Source: Salisapilia sapeloensis CBS 127946
Lineage: Eukaryota; Protista; Oomycota
Reading direction: 5' to 3'
NCBI GenBank assembly: GCA_023334545.1
Contig: JAADVB010000127.1
Span: 1-52,088 of the forward strand
DNA length: 52,088 bases
Position numbers and translations under genes: made by a program
Part shown: in pieces, positions 41,701 to 51,485 of the stretch
Position numbering within the stretch: position 1 is the stretch's first letter
How the letters are laid out: every line of letters begins with the position of its first letter
The notes under the pieces: model-generated
Told to the model about the DNA's origin: nothing
What the model saw: only the letters and a program-made list of their open reading frames with translations
Database searches by the model: none

Positions 41701-42573
41701 CCGAACGAGATGGACGAAACCAAGCACATCCAGTGGAAGTGGATCGTCCCGCTGGGTGTCCGCAGTCGATATACGCACGGACAGGACGAGACGCACACGT
41801 CTGTCGGCCATCATGGCCTCTTCGTAACAGCCTACGACCACAACCACGGCGCGGAAGACAAGTCCACCAAGTCTACGAGAGAGCTCCACTTGAGCGCCAC
41901 AAAACTCGAGGACCGAGACTTGTGGAAAAAGGTGCTAACGAACGCCGCGTCCACCATCCAGCAGCTCTGTCGAGACTACTCTTCGTTAGAGCAAAAGCTG
42001 CAGAAGAAACCTGGCAAAAAGGATGTCACGCAGTGCCAGGATCCGACGTGTAACCTTCCGTTTAACCTCTTTCGACGTCCTCATGCGTGCAAGAGGTGTG
42101 GCAAGTGGTTCTGCGCCAAGAGCGCTTCGCAGCGACTGAGTATCCCAGAGGTGGGTCTCATACGACCTGTGCGCCACTGCCGCGTCTGCTTCGAGGCGGC
42201 TGGTGGCAAGCAGGCGAACGTCGAACCTCTGTCGTTGTTCAAATTCGCTGGAGACAAGCGTGCTGAGGTGAAGAAGCCTATTGCAGGCCAAGGCGTTGAT
42301 GAGGATCTGCGGCATTCGCTTACGAATCGACAGTTGTACGAGCTGGCGCACGGTATCATTTCGCCAACGACGTTGACACAGATGAACTACCGCATGGCCA
42401 GGAGACAGAACTCGACTGTCAGTCCTCGACGATCTCAGGGCGCAGTCGATGAGGTGGACAGCCCTGAGGGAAGGAAGAGGTTTGGAAGCGATGACGAGGA
42501 AGGTCTGTCACCGTACTCTTCTCCTCTTAGTCAGATGAATATGCTGCAGATGAAAGAGGATATCAGAGGGTAG
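38773..42573 (+). CDS. SAPS (SIT4/PP6 regulatory subunit)-like protein with two PH domains and a C-terminal FYVE-like finger, single exon
   Basis: First ATG at 38773. SAPS-like blocks LSELLNE..KLRGLL, YLSSHENIILLLLANLGHDDIRIFLLHLI, VENAFLLLREIV, LLTCYEKFPRWNLLLGEI. PH-like FAVESDEERDAWMQLL and GYLFKE..WQKVLVV..SATKLEDRDLWKKVL. FYVE-like CQDPTC..RRPHACKRCG..CAKS..RHCRVC. Confidence 0.85.
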   Translation: MQAYSSPSTSPLSSPMAQAMSLVKEDEERRQEAQRLRTNIERFVDGFMDGVYPLSELLNESFTYEMLELLFKRMTAKLRGLLFSKERVLEFISIALDPSERYHTRRLATSFLVIGAPPTETLMECNAPEDKHECDCMWDLIFSALKKEAETKEEQVEVEASLKPKRASHRRASTAEMSQIINQEVTAIANCGAESLERTTKEQMKTAAESSDETDNASDSDDETSPSHDKNTNEMKSELQKEDSDADVSKVVSRTSAMLASQILRYLAVRGYKAVCILRYLSSHENIILLLLANLGHDDIRIFLLHLIYADHSEESLSYMYQTRLIERLIKTVVMAPPPHDAFERDRVENAFLLLREIVHAPYLTPRGVAISAKTIPLDKVTGQPEYVSISGASRETANSSLRKYTSRKVRRLVHLFLADEQSAMTSLFERLIPELTFWSSPLNMGNKAPARPVPKMSTESMALLEQGHPRPTCITMLTHLFELTETVDFSEESVKAQEEDSKRMVESSAILAIDCLNFNCHTHLMKRGGVLHLKKLKNELQQCQLSVNCMMGLRVASNDVPPASSGSLDTRLTPQRGVQMSLTLDEIEKVEESPWHHHGFCVHVKKNAMREGKESVVRSKEYFAVESDEERDAWMQLLQQVVDGDLAELEIFCSDDWRSNVREYRHLRESLITRMQEKGHELMVFLKQVVVLDTRAASGYHLCAVVKCLYAALTNESKRLDAMFANSHLLDILLTCYEKFPRWNLLLGEITKMLVFIFGDFKGKRSRRCPLVRKLLVTEGPDAHLFPLLSEAFEAKQLSSVNSQTMLTSNPFEGTDALANLKLVLQAIRLCHSSPSSPNHQRIQATVEQDHKWKHLLETVDVTFAPPSEDIDMTTVDRIAPSSPTSSNKSSESRSSSSSSTISMPPAPSPPSFQEDIINQISRPSYSSAHGFGSSFLEGDGCAFGYLFKERSLGKDWQKVLVVYEYESHKLWYFYPNEMDETKHIQWKWIVPLGVRSRYTHGQDETHTSVGHHGLFVTAYDHNHGAEDKSTKSTRELHLSATKLEDRDLWKKVLTNAASTIQQLCRDYSSLEQKLQKKPGKKDVTQCQDPTCNLPFNLFRRPHACKRCGKWFCAKSASQRLSIPEVGLIRPVRHCRVCFEAAGGKQANVEPLSLFKFAGDKRAEVKKPIAGQGVDEDLRHSLTNRQLYELAHGIISPTTLTQMNYRMARRQNSTVSPRRSQGAVDEVDSPEGRKRFGSDDEEGLSPYSSPLSQMNMLQMKEDIRG

Positions 42574-42655
42574 AAGCGAAAAGTTTTTAAGAATCACAAG
42601 TCTGCTTGGTACATACGTTGACTGACATTTATTTACGGACGAGTACTACGGTAGC

Positions 42656-44761
42656 TTAGAGGAAGGAAGGTTCGATGTAGTCCGATTCAGATGGACGCTG
42701 GAGAGGCTGGTAACGAGAGCTGTCGGTCGATGATGCTTCGAAACGCACGCGCTCACAGTGAGCGATTGCTTTCTTCGTCAGCATGAGGCACTCGTTCGAC
42801 ACTGGTTCGCTCGAGCAGACGATGAGGTATCTCTGGATGGCCGAGAATGGCGAATAATGCTCCACTTTCGGTCGAGCCAGGACGGACGGATGGGCATCCC
42901 AGTAGTCTCCGTTCGACGTGTGTCGACGATGGAATCTGCCAAAGGACGCTTTAGGAGACACCACTCCGTTTCCATACATGTCCTTGTGGCAACTGCAGCG
43001 TCCGATCTTGGCAGCCTCGAGAATCAAACTCGAATTGATTTGGTCTCGTCGCCAGCCCTGCATCTCCTTCAAGTCCTTGTCACGGGGCTTGCGAATTGAA
43101 GCGCATGCGAGACACAATTGCCGCTTGACTTTGAGTTTGGTCTCTTTCGTCTTGGCCATGAGCAAGACATCGGATAAGAGCAGTAGATGGATGCTGTCAT
43201 AGTGGCGGCATCGCTTCTTGTTTTCTTGAGAAGAGTGATGCCTGGTGATTAACGCTCCAATGCGCCTCGTCAATGGGACACTGTGCTGGCGTGTGTGGAT
43301 GGCATCGGATGAGTTCCCATATGCGTTTGTCAATGGAATCACGGACGCTCGACGAATATCTAGTTCATCTGAAGTATATCCTTCCGTGTCAAAACCTTCG
43401 CCACCCTTTGGTGACAGCCACGATAGACAACGAGGTAGTCGAGGCTTATCTAAAGCTACCGTCTTGGTCTCGGCCTCGAAGAGTAGGTTTCGACACGGCA
43501 GCATAAGACTGATCTTCGTTCCGGCTTTCAGGAGTTTGTGATACTTGAATAATAAAGCATTGTTCTTTGCTTCCAGCACCTTTTCATCCACGAGCGAGGA
43601 AATCGCTTCCACTTTCCTCCACGCAGCGTGCATACGATTACCTTCCTCAGGCGTTCGTGCGTGTTTGGCCATTTGCTTGAAGAAGAGTGGGTATCGACAA
43701 ATACGCTGCACTGGTTTCACGAGCTCTTGAGTGATATCAATGCTATGCTTTGTCTTGATCCTCACCTGCAGAGCCGTGATAAAGGTGTGAAAGGTAGGGA
43801 AGTTGTCTTGTAGCTGCACAAGTTGCTCCTTCACTACAGAGTAGTTGTAGCAGAAGGTCGCGTACGCTTTCATATAATCGACAACGGATGTGAAGGCTAT
43901 TGCGAGCTGGTCAGCAGTTACTGGTCTATCAGCCAGAGCTGGGTGGTGACGGCCAAGAATGGCGATAGGCCGTTTGCCCATGAGTTTGGCGATGTACGCA
44001 TCTGATTTGATTGTAGATGAAATGACTTCTCCAGTATCTACGTTGGTTCGAAAGACGTCGACACTGCACGAGTTGATGTGCTTCTTACGTCGAACTTGCT
44101 CCGACGGCGCCAACATTTCCAAAAGTGCTTTGTGAATGGATTGAATGACGGCAAGAGAAGCGTGCAGCTCTTTCAGTGCACCCAACTCAATACTCTCCTT
44201 ATCTGAAAACTCAAGCAGCGGGTTGAAGAAGTAGTCCAATAGCTTGTTGACCGTTGCAAAGTAAGCTTTTTCGGTCTGGTGAAGTTCATTGCATACGCAG
44301 TCTAGTTTGGTCCAATGTCGGTTTCCAGGTGTCATATTTTCGGCCGGCTCATCGCGCTTGATGGACTGTCGCGAGAAGCCATCGAAGGGAGCAAGTCGCA
44401 AATAGTGTCTAAAGCGAAGTGTCTGGTGGCGAGTGGACTCACTTGTCTCTGGCCCTTCCTGCTGATTACCAATCGGCGGATACGTTCTCACGGACGTTGA
44501 TTCGTAAGATCGCTCTTGGGTGTCTGCGTTGGAGCTGTCGCCTTGCATCGTTTCGGAATTATCAGTTTGATTACTGAGCTCACTGTCAAGCAAGCCTCTG
44601 AGATCAGCAGGCTTTGCGGGAGACACCGATAGAGTGTTTTTCGGATCCCTCTCACAAGACAGTCCTCGAGTACTGCTTCCTCGGACTATATTGGCGCAAG
44701 AGGAATCCTCTTCATGGTACTGGTTATCGATATGTAGTGCTGCACTCGATGGGGTAGTCAT
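42656..44761 (-). CDS. Dbl-family RhoGEF (DH-PH), single exon
   Basis: CR1 ELHQTEKAYFATVNKL; CR3 ELVKPVQRICRYPLFFKQMAKH; following PH-like segment RNLLFEAE..HLLLLSDVLLMAK..YLIVCSS..WL-like helix. Confidence 0.85.
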   Translation of the reverse strand: MTTPSSAALHIDNQYHEEDSSCANIVRGSSTRGLSCERDPKNTLSVSPAKPADLRGLLDSELSNQTDNSETMQGDSSNADTQERSYESTSVRTYPPIGNQQEGPETSESTRHQTLRFRHYLRLAPFDGFSRQSIKRDEPAENMTPGNRHWTKLDCVCNELHQTEKAYFATVNKLLDYFFNPLLEFSDKESIELGALKELHASLAVIQSIHKALLEMLAPSEQVRRKKHINSCSVDVFRTNVDTGEVISSTIKSDAYIAKLMGKRPIAILGRHHPALADRPVTADQLAIAFTSVVDYMKAYATFCYNYSVVKEQLVQLQDNFPTFHTFITALQVRIKTKHSIDITQELVKPVQRICRYPLFFKQMAKHARTPEEGNRMHAAWRKVEAISSLVDEKVLEAKNNALLFKYHKLLKAGTKISLMLPCRNLLFEAETKTVALDKPRLPRCLSWLSPKGGEGFDTEGYTSDELDIRRASVIPLTNAYGNSSDAIHTRQHSVPLTRRIGALITRHHSSQENKKRCRHYDSIHLLLLSDVLLMAKTKETKLKVKRQLCLACASIRKPRDKDLKEMQGWRRDQINSSLILEAAKIGRCSCHKDMYGNGVVSPKASFGRFHRRHTSNGDYWDAHPSVLARPKVEHYSPFSAIQRYLIVCSSEPVSNECLMLTKKAIAHCERVRFEASSTDSSRYQPLQRPSESDYIEPSFL

Positions 44762-46870
44762 CCGAATCGAGTGTAGTACCGAGGAAGTTTGGTCCTTTGA
44801 TGATGTCCTTTGAATATGGGGTCCTTGGATGGATTATTAATGAAGCAAATGCGAAACGAACAAGAATAGAGATGACAACCATAGATAAGGATTGAACGGT
44901 ACTCGAGCGCTATATTATTAGACGCATCTTGATAGTGAAAGCATGTCGAACTGCTGAGAAGGATGCGTAAAGCTAAAATTGACGAGTATGCACAGATATA
45001 AGTCCGTTAAAAGTCTTATGACCAAGTTGTATTCACGAATTCTCCGCTGGAACGATGTCAAAGATATCAAAAGTGGGGGTAAGGAGTTCGCGTCTATAAA
45101 TTGCTTCTTATCGCTTGCGAGAGTTGCAATACATTGTGGCAATGAGAAAAAATTGCGTTGGAGATAGAAACACGGAAATTTGGTTCTGAGCGGGTGACGT
45201 TTTTGGTGTTGGCTCATTATTTATATTCATCGCTTGCTATATCTATCATAATAATTGTCGTATATATGACACAGATAGGCGAGATCGCCATGCACATGCA
45301 GCAAACTTACGAGAGTATGGAGTGATACAAGCTCTCACCCGTTTCGAGCTACGTGACCGAACTTAAAAAACATGAGAAAGGCTGACTAGGCAAATCAACG
45401 ACTATACTCGAGAAAGATCATTCTTCACGAGTACGAGAGTTTCTGCTTAAGCCAATGCGACCGGAATTGGAAGCATTCGAAAACGTTATTACACTGCTCC
45501 TTCAGCTTTGACAACTTTCCGAGTTGCAGTCAGAAGTTGTCCGAAAATATATGTCAAGCAAGCAAAAGTACAAATTAACCCCCTGGATTACTTTTACTAT
45601 ATATTAAGTAGACCAAGCTCCTCTTTTGAATTATCCCGCAGAGTTGACTGCATTCGTACCCATCTTTCGCCTTTTACTAAAGATGGCCGTGCAATCGGCT
45701 CAGTGATGCGGCTTCAAAAATTTCTTGCTTTCCTCCCAGTCTGGGAGGGCCTCTGTATACTACTTAACATAATTAATTTTTTGAATGTACTGTATGGCTG
45801 TTTTATAATTTATTCTGTATAAATCACTATGAACTTTTAAAGTTATCTAGCTTATTACTTTATTCCTGAAGTACAAAAGTGTACGGTAGAGACATCAACG
45901 ACAGAACAAATTTAGATTGACCAGATAAGACTGTAGGTTGGCAATATCGTCAGGCGAACAGCTAGATCTGAAGATAGTTTGTCTTGAGAAAACGGACTCA
46001 CTAAAGGACGACTTGAATATGTCTAGGCTAATTCGAGGACAAAGGAGCTTTGGATGACGGTTTTCTCGCATTCGGTTGCTTTCTTAGATATGTGTGCCTG
46101 TTTATAAGACATGCTGATCCAATTTCAGGATATGATCAACGTGTATTTGACAACGACTTTTAATCGAGTCGAAGATTTCTATCGGTTTTCGCGAATCATT
46201 CGCGCATCTCATTTTATATATAGCTGCAAGTGAGCTAGATAAATGAAAAAGCTTCACATTCTCGGTTTGTTGGAGCTCCTACTGTGTCTGGAGGCAGCAT
46301 CCGCAAGCTATTTTGGTCTGGGCCAATTGGCTATGGAAATTGGGCCATGCTCACCTTGTTGGAATCTACTGTTCTTTATCAATTGCGGCTACCATCATAC
46401 TCAAGTTAGAATGGATCACGGAAGCTGCCACAAATTGGTGCATAGCTTCCGTTTTCGTTTGTATATTTCGGATGTATGTGTGACTTGAGCCTGACTTGTT
46501 CGCGATGCGACTCACACAAAATGTTCGACCACACAAGTTTGCAGCATCAGCGTTGTAGAGTATATCCATTGATGAGATAGTTTCATACATCCGGAACGGC
46601 CTCAAAGGTTTTCGATGTCCATTGAGCAAAGTGTTGGAGCGAAAGGTTGCGAGCTACTTCACCTCCACTTCAATAACGGTAGGCAGTAATTACCACCAAT
46701 AAACAATCAGAATATGAATTTCTTCCAATCATACAGGTCAATAGTCACAACCAACAGATACGAGTACTCAAGCTACTTGCTACCTTGAGCTTGTCGATCT
46801 CTACTGACCAAGTACTGCTGAAACCAAAGTCATAGTTACAAGTACCAGTACGTGTAAATCGACTGTATCA

Positions 46871-48628
46871 ATGGGAAAGAAACCAGATAGAGGTCGAAAA
46901 CGTGGCGGCAGTCAGAGCCTGAAGCAGAAGCACAGTCTTCGAAAGCAGCTCAAGAATCCTCTCTCGTCCAACAATGCCGCCAAGAACCCACTACAGACGC
47001 ACAAGCGTCAAGAGCAGGCACCTCCAACTCTTTCGAATGGACTGAGCGCCAATGGCAACGCCGCCAATCGTTTGTCGAAGTCCAAGTTATTCCAAAAGCG
47101 AGATCAGCTGCGCCAGAACCAATTGTCTAGAAATCGCAAGGTGACATCGTCCGCTCTACAGGGTTCTACAGACTTGGAAGCGCTCATGAGCAAAGCTCAA
47201 GAGTCCTCCGGGTTGTTCGAGCAGGCCAGTCAGGACCAGGACAGCGAGATGAAAGACAGCTCGGCAGTCGATTTGCATGAGAGTTCTCGAAAGACGTACA
47301 TGAGAGAGCTGCGAAAGGTTTTGGACGACGCAGATGTGGTGCTGGAAGTCTTGGATGCCCGTGATCCAATCGGCTGCCGCTCCGAGCAGCTCGAAAACGA
47401 GATTGCGCAACGAGGGAAGAAGCTGATTCTAGTCCTGAACAAGATCGACCTTGTCCCTCCACATGTGCTGGAGCCTTGGCTGGCGTTCCTCCGTCGGTCG
47501 TTCCCAACGATCGCGTTCAAGGCGTCGACTCAGCAGCAGAAGCATCACCTCGGCAGCTCGTCGAACTTTAAGGCAGAGAAAGAGGCTGTAGCGACGAAAG
47601 AGTTTAAGACTGACAATGTCGTTACACGATCTGGAGCTGTAGGCACCGAGCCTTTGATGCAGCTCCTGAAGAACTACTGCCGGAGTGGGAACAGCGGCAT
47701 CAAGACTGCCATTAGCGTTGGGCTCATTGGTTACCCAAATGTGGGCAAGAGCAGTGTGCTCAACAGTCTCAAGAGACGCAAGGCAGCGAGTGTGGCGTCC
47801 ACTGCTGGCCACACCAAGGTCATGCAGCGTGTCGCGCTGGACAAGAAGATCAGTCTAATCGACTCTCCTGGTGTCGTCTTTGACACGAGCGACTCGAGTG
47901 CCCTCTTGCTACGGAACAGCGTCAATGTGGAAGACTTGGCCAACCCTGCCGAAGCCTGCGCTGTCATCATCCAGAAAGCCGATGCCAAGCAGCTTTTGTC
48001 CTTGTACAATCTGTCGCTGCAGACGATGCCGAATGACGTCATGGACTACTTAGCTGCAGTGGCAAGAGCCCATGGAAAGTTGGGGAAAGGAGGCGTCCCG
48101 GATCGAGAGGCCGCTGCGAAACTGCTGCTTCAAGATTGGAACCGAGGCAAGATTGCCTTCTTCACACCTCCTCCTGCCGTCAGCAAGGAGAGCGTGTCCA
48201 TGGAGAGTGGGCAGCAATTGGATGCACAGATCGTGACACAGTTTAGCGAAGACTTTGACCTAGACAAGGTTCTGAATCCGACGATTGTGCCTGGAGCAGA
48301 GCAAGTTGTGGAAGAGACTCCTGCGGTAGAAGTGAGCGGACGGAACCACAGCCAGGAGCTTCGGTCGGCGATCAACTCTGACTCGGATTCTGACTCGGAT
48401 TCTGACATGAGCGAAGAGGAGGATCCGTTGCTGAGTATGGCTGGCGGAATGAACAAGTCTGGTGCTAGCTACAGAGGAGGAAACTTGACGACGGCAGTGA
48501 GTGATAGGAGGAAGGCTAAGCAGTGGCGGAAGCTCAAGAGGCGAGCTCAGCGACAACAGATTGGAGCTCAACAGGAGAGCGAACTGGGTGCTCAGTTGGA
48601 GCAGATGGGCATGAAGTCGATGCCATAG
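46871..48628 (+). CDS. GNL3: Circularly permuted nucleolar GTPase, GNL3/nucleostemin/Nug1 family
   Basis: Basic N-terminus; ADVVLEVLDARDP; G4 NKIDL; G1 GYPNVGKSS; G2 GHTK; G3 DSPG; LLQDWNRGKI; acidic tail. Confidence 0.88.
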   Translation: MGKKPDRGRKRGGSQSLKQKHSLRKQLKNPLSSNNAAKNPLQTHKRQEQAPPTLSNGLSANGNAANRLSKSKLFQKRDQLRQNQLSRNRKVTSSALQGSTDLEALMSKAQESSGLFEQASQDQDSEMKDSSAVDLHESSRKTYMRELRKVLDDADVVLEVLDARDPIGCRSEQLENEIAQRGKKLILVLNKIDLVPPHVLEPWLAFLRRSFPTIAFKASTQQQKHHLGSSSNFKAEKEAVATKEFKTDNVVTRSGAVGTEPLMQLLKNYCRSGNSGIKTAISVGLIGYPNVGKSSVLNSLKRRKAASVASTAGHTKVMQRVALDKKISLIDSPGVVFDTSDSSALLLRNSVNVEDLANPAEACAVIIQKADAKQLLSLYNLSLQTMPNDVMDYLAAVARAHGKLGKGGVPDREAAAKLLLQDWNRGKIAFFTPPPAVSKESVSMESGQQLDAQIVTQFSEDFDLDKVLNPTIVPGAEQVVEETPAVEVSGRNHSQELRSAINSDSDSDSDSDMSEEEDPLLSMAGGMNKSGASYRGGNLTTAVSDRRKAKQWRKLKRRAQRQQIGAQQESELGAQLEQMGMKSMP

Positions 48629-49907
48629 TTCTCTTTTTGCTTGATGCAATGGTAATAAATTCGTTTTGGTATTTCAGTTTGCGTTTGGAGGCACCAAAAG
48701 AATGCTGGGGCCCTAGTATTGTCATTTCTGTTTAAATGCACCGACTACCGGCTATTCTAAGCAAAAACGAAAGAACGCTGGCATCCGTATTGGTCTCCCG
48801 TATGTGCTCAACAATATATGGATGTAGACGGCTACGCATATCTGTAGCACATGTGCTGCATAGCCTTCCGCTCACATTGTGCATATTTTTCGTAGGAATT
48901 CAGTCGTGGCAGCCTTCACACGTTGGTTCCGTTGGGCAGTCTTTGATCAACTGATGTATTATCATTAAGTTTGTGGTATATTGTGTGACTCCTACCTACA
49001 AGCAGCGAATTCTAATATCCAACACCTGAAAGGAGGTGTACCTACCACACAAGACAAGCAGTGCTGAAAGATAGTGAGAACGCTATCTAGGGCGGCTGTC
49101 TATCTACCAGGAGGACCGCCCAAATACTTTTAAGCAGGTAGAGGCGAGCTCTCCAACGATCAGGAGATAGACTGTACTGGGTTTGCAAGTGATAGAAATA
49201 TATCTGCAGATGTTGTTGTAGTCTCTGATCAATAATTCGAACTACTTGTTGAGGTGTCCATGTCGACTCGTCCATCTCAAGTGATGTAACAGTGCAAGAC
49301 ATTTCAGTCGCGCTGAGTCCACCCTCCAGTCGGCCGGCACATATTGTCGAAGAAGTGATCTCCATGAATACTCGGTCTTCCCAGAGATCCTGCACGAAGA
49401 GCGCGGTTTGCTTCTGTTCGACTCACGCGCGACGGGAAATCGGAGAATGAACAGTTGTGTATAATGCTCGAAAATAAGACGATATGACTTTAGGTTGAAA
49501 AGGTACCGAAGGGTACGAGAGAACTACGATAAGTAAATATAGATAGAGAAAAAGTAAATACGAACTGACGCTGTCTAGCGCAAAATGTCTTAAGTGTATG
49601 GTCATTTTCCTTTTCCATTCATCTTATGAAATGTACCGAGAATTCAAGAAGCTTTCCACACTCCTATCTTTCCGACTGCTCAGCAAAACCCTCTTCGTAT
49701 CGCACTTCCCATCAATATGCTTTCGGGTAACAGAGCATTTAGACACCCGGTAATTAGAGTCTGGTAGGTCAATGAACAGCATCGGAAAGTGAGTAGGTGC
49801 AATGGAAACTTGGGATACAAAATACGCACGCATTTAAAGTTTGGCGCCAATTCAGACTGCAGGCCATTTGGACCCTCTGCGGCGCTTGAGTGGCTCCATT
49901 ATCGGAC

Positions 49908-51314
49908 ATGACGGCTTCTCAAGCCACAGATCCTAGCCGAAATGTATCCCATCAATCCTCTTGCACAAATGGAATGGCAAAGGAGCAGATAGAATGTACA
50001 GAGAGCTCCGAAGCAGTGAGACGAACGATAGGGGACGAGTCTTCACGCACATGTCTTCTTATCTGGGCGACAAGTGGAGCCCATAGTGGCGAGAAATATC
50101 AGCTCTGCTCTGTTTCGAGCGAAGAGAACTTACCAACGGTGCTGAATGGTGACAGAGAATGGATAATCGGTCGAAGGGCGAATTGTCACATTCGACTGCG
50201 TTATGATTTGGAAGTTTCAGGTGTTCATGCAAGGATACACTTGGATGATACTGGTGCTGTCCTGACTGTGAAAGATATGAACAGTACGAATGGAACGCTT
50301 GTAAACGGAGAAAAGGTCGCCAATGATGAAGATACTATAGTCGTGGACGATAGTGTTGTCACCGTTGGAAAGACCTCATTGAAAGTGGCATGGTGTGATC
50401 ACACTGAATGCCTGCTCACTAGCAGTGACACTTTCACTCCTTTTCATCGAAATGCCGATAAATCCGCAGATGTGAAGCAGCAAAGTACCGAGGGCAACCC
50501 ATTAGAATCGGACGCATCAGTGGACGTTGCTGCGGCTGCGTCGAGTCGATATATACCGTTAAACACTTCAGCACCAGCTTCTGTAACTAGTACGAGTGCT
50601 ATTACTGAGAGTGTAGATCACACAGTCGATACGAATGACAATGACGATTTTGAGGAACAGCCAGCGCCAGAACCGTCAGCCTTGGGCACTGGTGACATGT
50701 CGACATCCCATTGTTTCATATGCGGTGTCTTCATCGGCTCTTTAGACTTTCTTGCACAACAGACACATTTGAATAATTGCTTGGACAATCCACCACAGCA
50801 CAACAGTATGTCTGCACGTCGCACATCTCAAACGGCTACGAAAGCTGGTCGAACGCGTAAGAGGGGGCGAGATTCCTCTGGACTACAGATCGCGCTCGCC
50901 CTTTCTAGATCAATGCAGTCAGAGGAACAGCAGGTCGATACCGACATTGCTATGGTATCATCAGAGATCGAAGACGTAGATGAAGAAATTGCCAAGCTGC
51001 AGGCGAAGAAGAGTAAATTAATAGCGAAAAAGGAGAGATTGCGCAGAAAGCAGAAGCGAGTCGACACCTCCTCTACTGTTTTAAAGCCGATGGACGCGTT
51101 GGAACAGATTGACTTGGCCACCGCGCTAAGTACTATATTTCCACAGACCCAAAAAGTTTGCCGGTCATCAAGCGCAAGTAGGATTAACAGAGGTTGGATG
51201 TGGGACGCTGCGAAACAGAGTCGAGGCGAGTGCGAGTTTTACTCGAACGGAGTGTTGGGGACATTGCTAGATACGGTTGATAAGAGCAAGAGCGGTATTT
51301 ATGAGCGACTATAA
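49908..51314 (+). CDS. FHA + UBZ4 + SLX4-MLR-like protein
   Basis: FHA: WIIGRR..VSGVHARI..KDMNSTNGTLVNG. UBZ4: CFICG..QQTHLNNCLD. LQIALALSRS, a coiled coil, and MWDAAK..EFYSNGVL resemble the XPF-binding MLR of SLX4. Start could be a downstream ATG. Confidence 0.8.
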   Translation: MTASQATDPSRNVSHQSSCTNGMAKEQIECTESSEAVRRTIGDESSRTCLLIWATSGAHSGEKYQLCSVSSEENLPTVLNGDREWIIGRRANCHIRLRYDLEVSGVHARIHLDDTGAVLTVKDMNSTNGTLVNGEKVANDEDTIVVDDSVVTVGKTSLKVAWCDHTECLLTSSDTFTPFHRNADKSADVKQQSTEGNPLESDASVDVAAAASSRYIPLNTSAPASVTSTSAITESVDHTVDTNDNDDFEEQPAPEPSALGTGDMSTSHCFICGVFIGSLDFLAQQTHLNNCLDNPPQHNSMSARRTSQTATKAGRTRKRGRDSSGLQIALALSRSMQSEEQQVDTDIAMVSSEIEDVDEEIAKLQAKKSKLIAKKERLRRKQKRVDTSSTVLKPMDALEQIDLATALSTIFPQTQKVCRSSSASRINRGWMWDAAKQSRGECEFYSNGVLGTLLDTVDKSKSGIYERL

Positions 51315-51485
51315 AGAAAGGTAACGTGATAAGCTGTACTAGTACGTGTGTCATGTTGGCTTGCTTAGTACTTCACAAGCAAGTAAAAAATGTTTAAAAG
51401 TAAAATGGTCTCCTCCTGGTCGCTAACTCACTTGACACACGGTTTTTTGCTCCAGAAGACGAGGTATTGCTTGGTAATCGCTTGA

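Noticed and set aside
46190-46204. CGCGAAT-C-ATTCGCG hairpin
   Set aside because: 7-bp arms are expected by chance in 52 kb.
46243-46488. 81-aa ORF with a hydrophobic start (signal-peptide-like)
   Set aside because: No RxLR or other recognisable effector or domain motif; other frames look equally protein-like.
48377-48406. 12-bp-period repeat TCTGACTCGGAT in GNL3
   Set aside because: Ordinary coding microsatellite for the acidic (SD)n tail.
49087-49395. 102-aa minus-strand ORF
   Set aside because: No ATG start and no recognisable domain.
6757-49907. TTG/GTG starts given by the ORF track (6757, 8522, 18636, 38686, 49890)
   Set aside because: Eukaryotic locus; the first in-frame ATG was used instead (6763, 8564, 18732, 38773, 49908).
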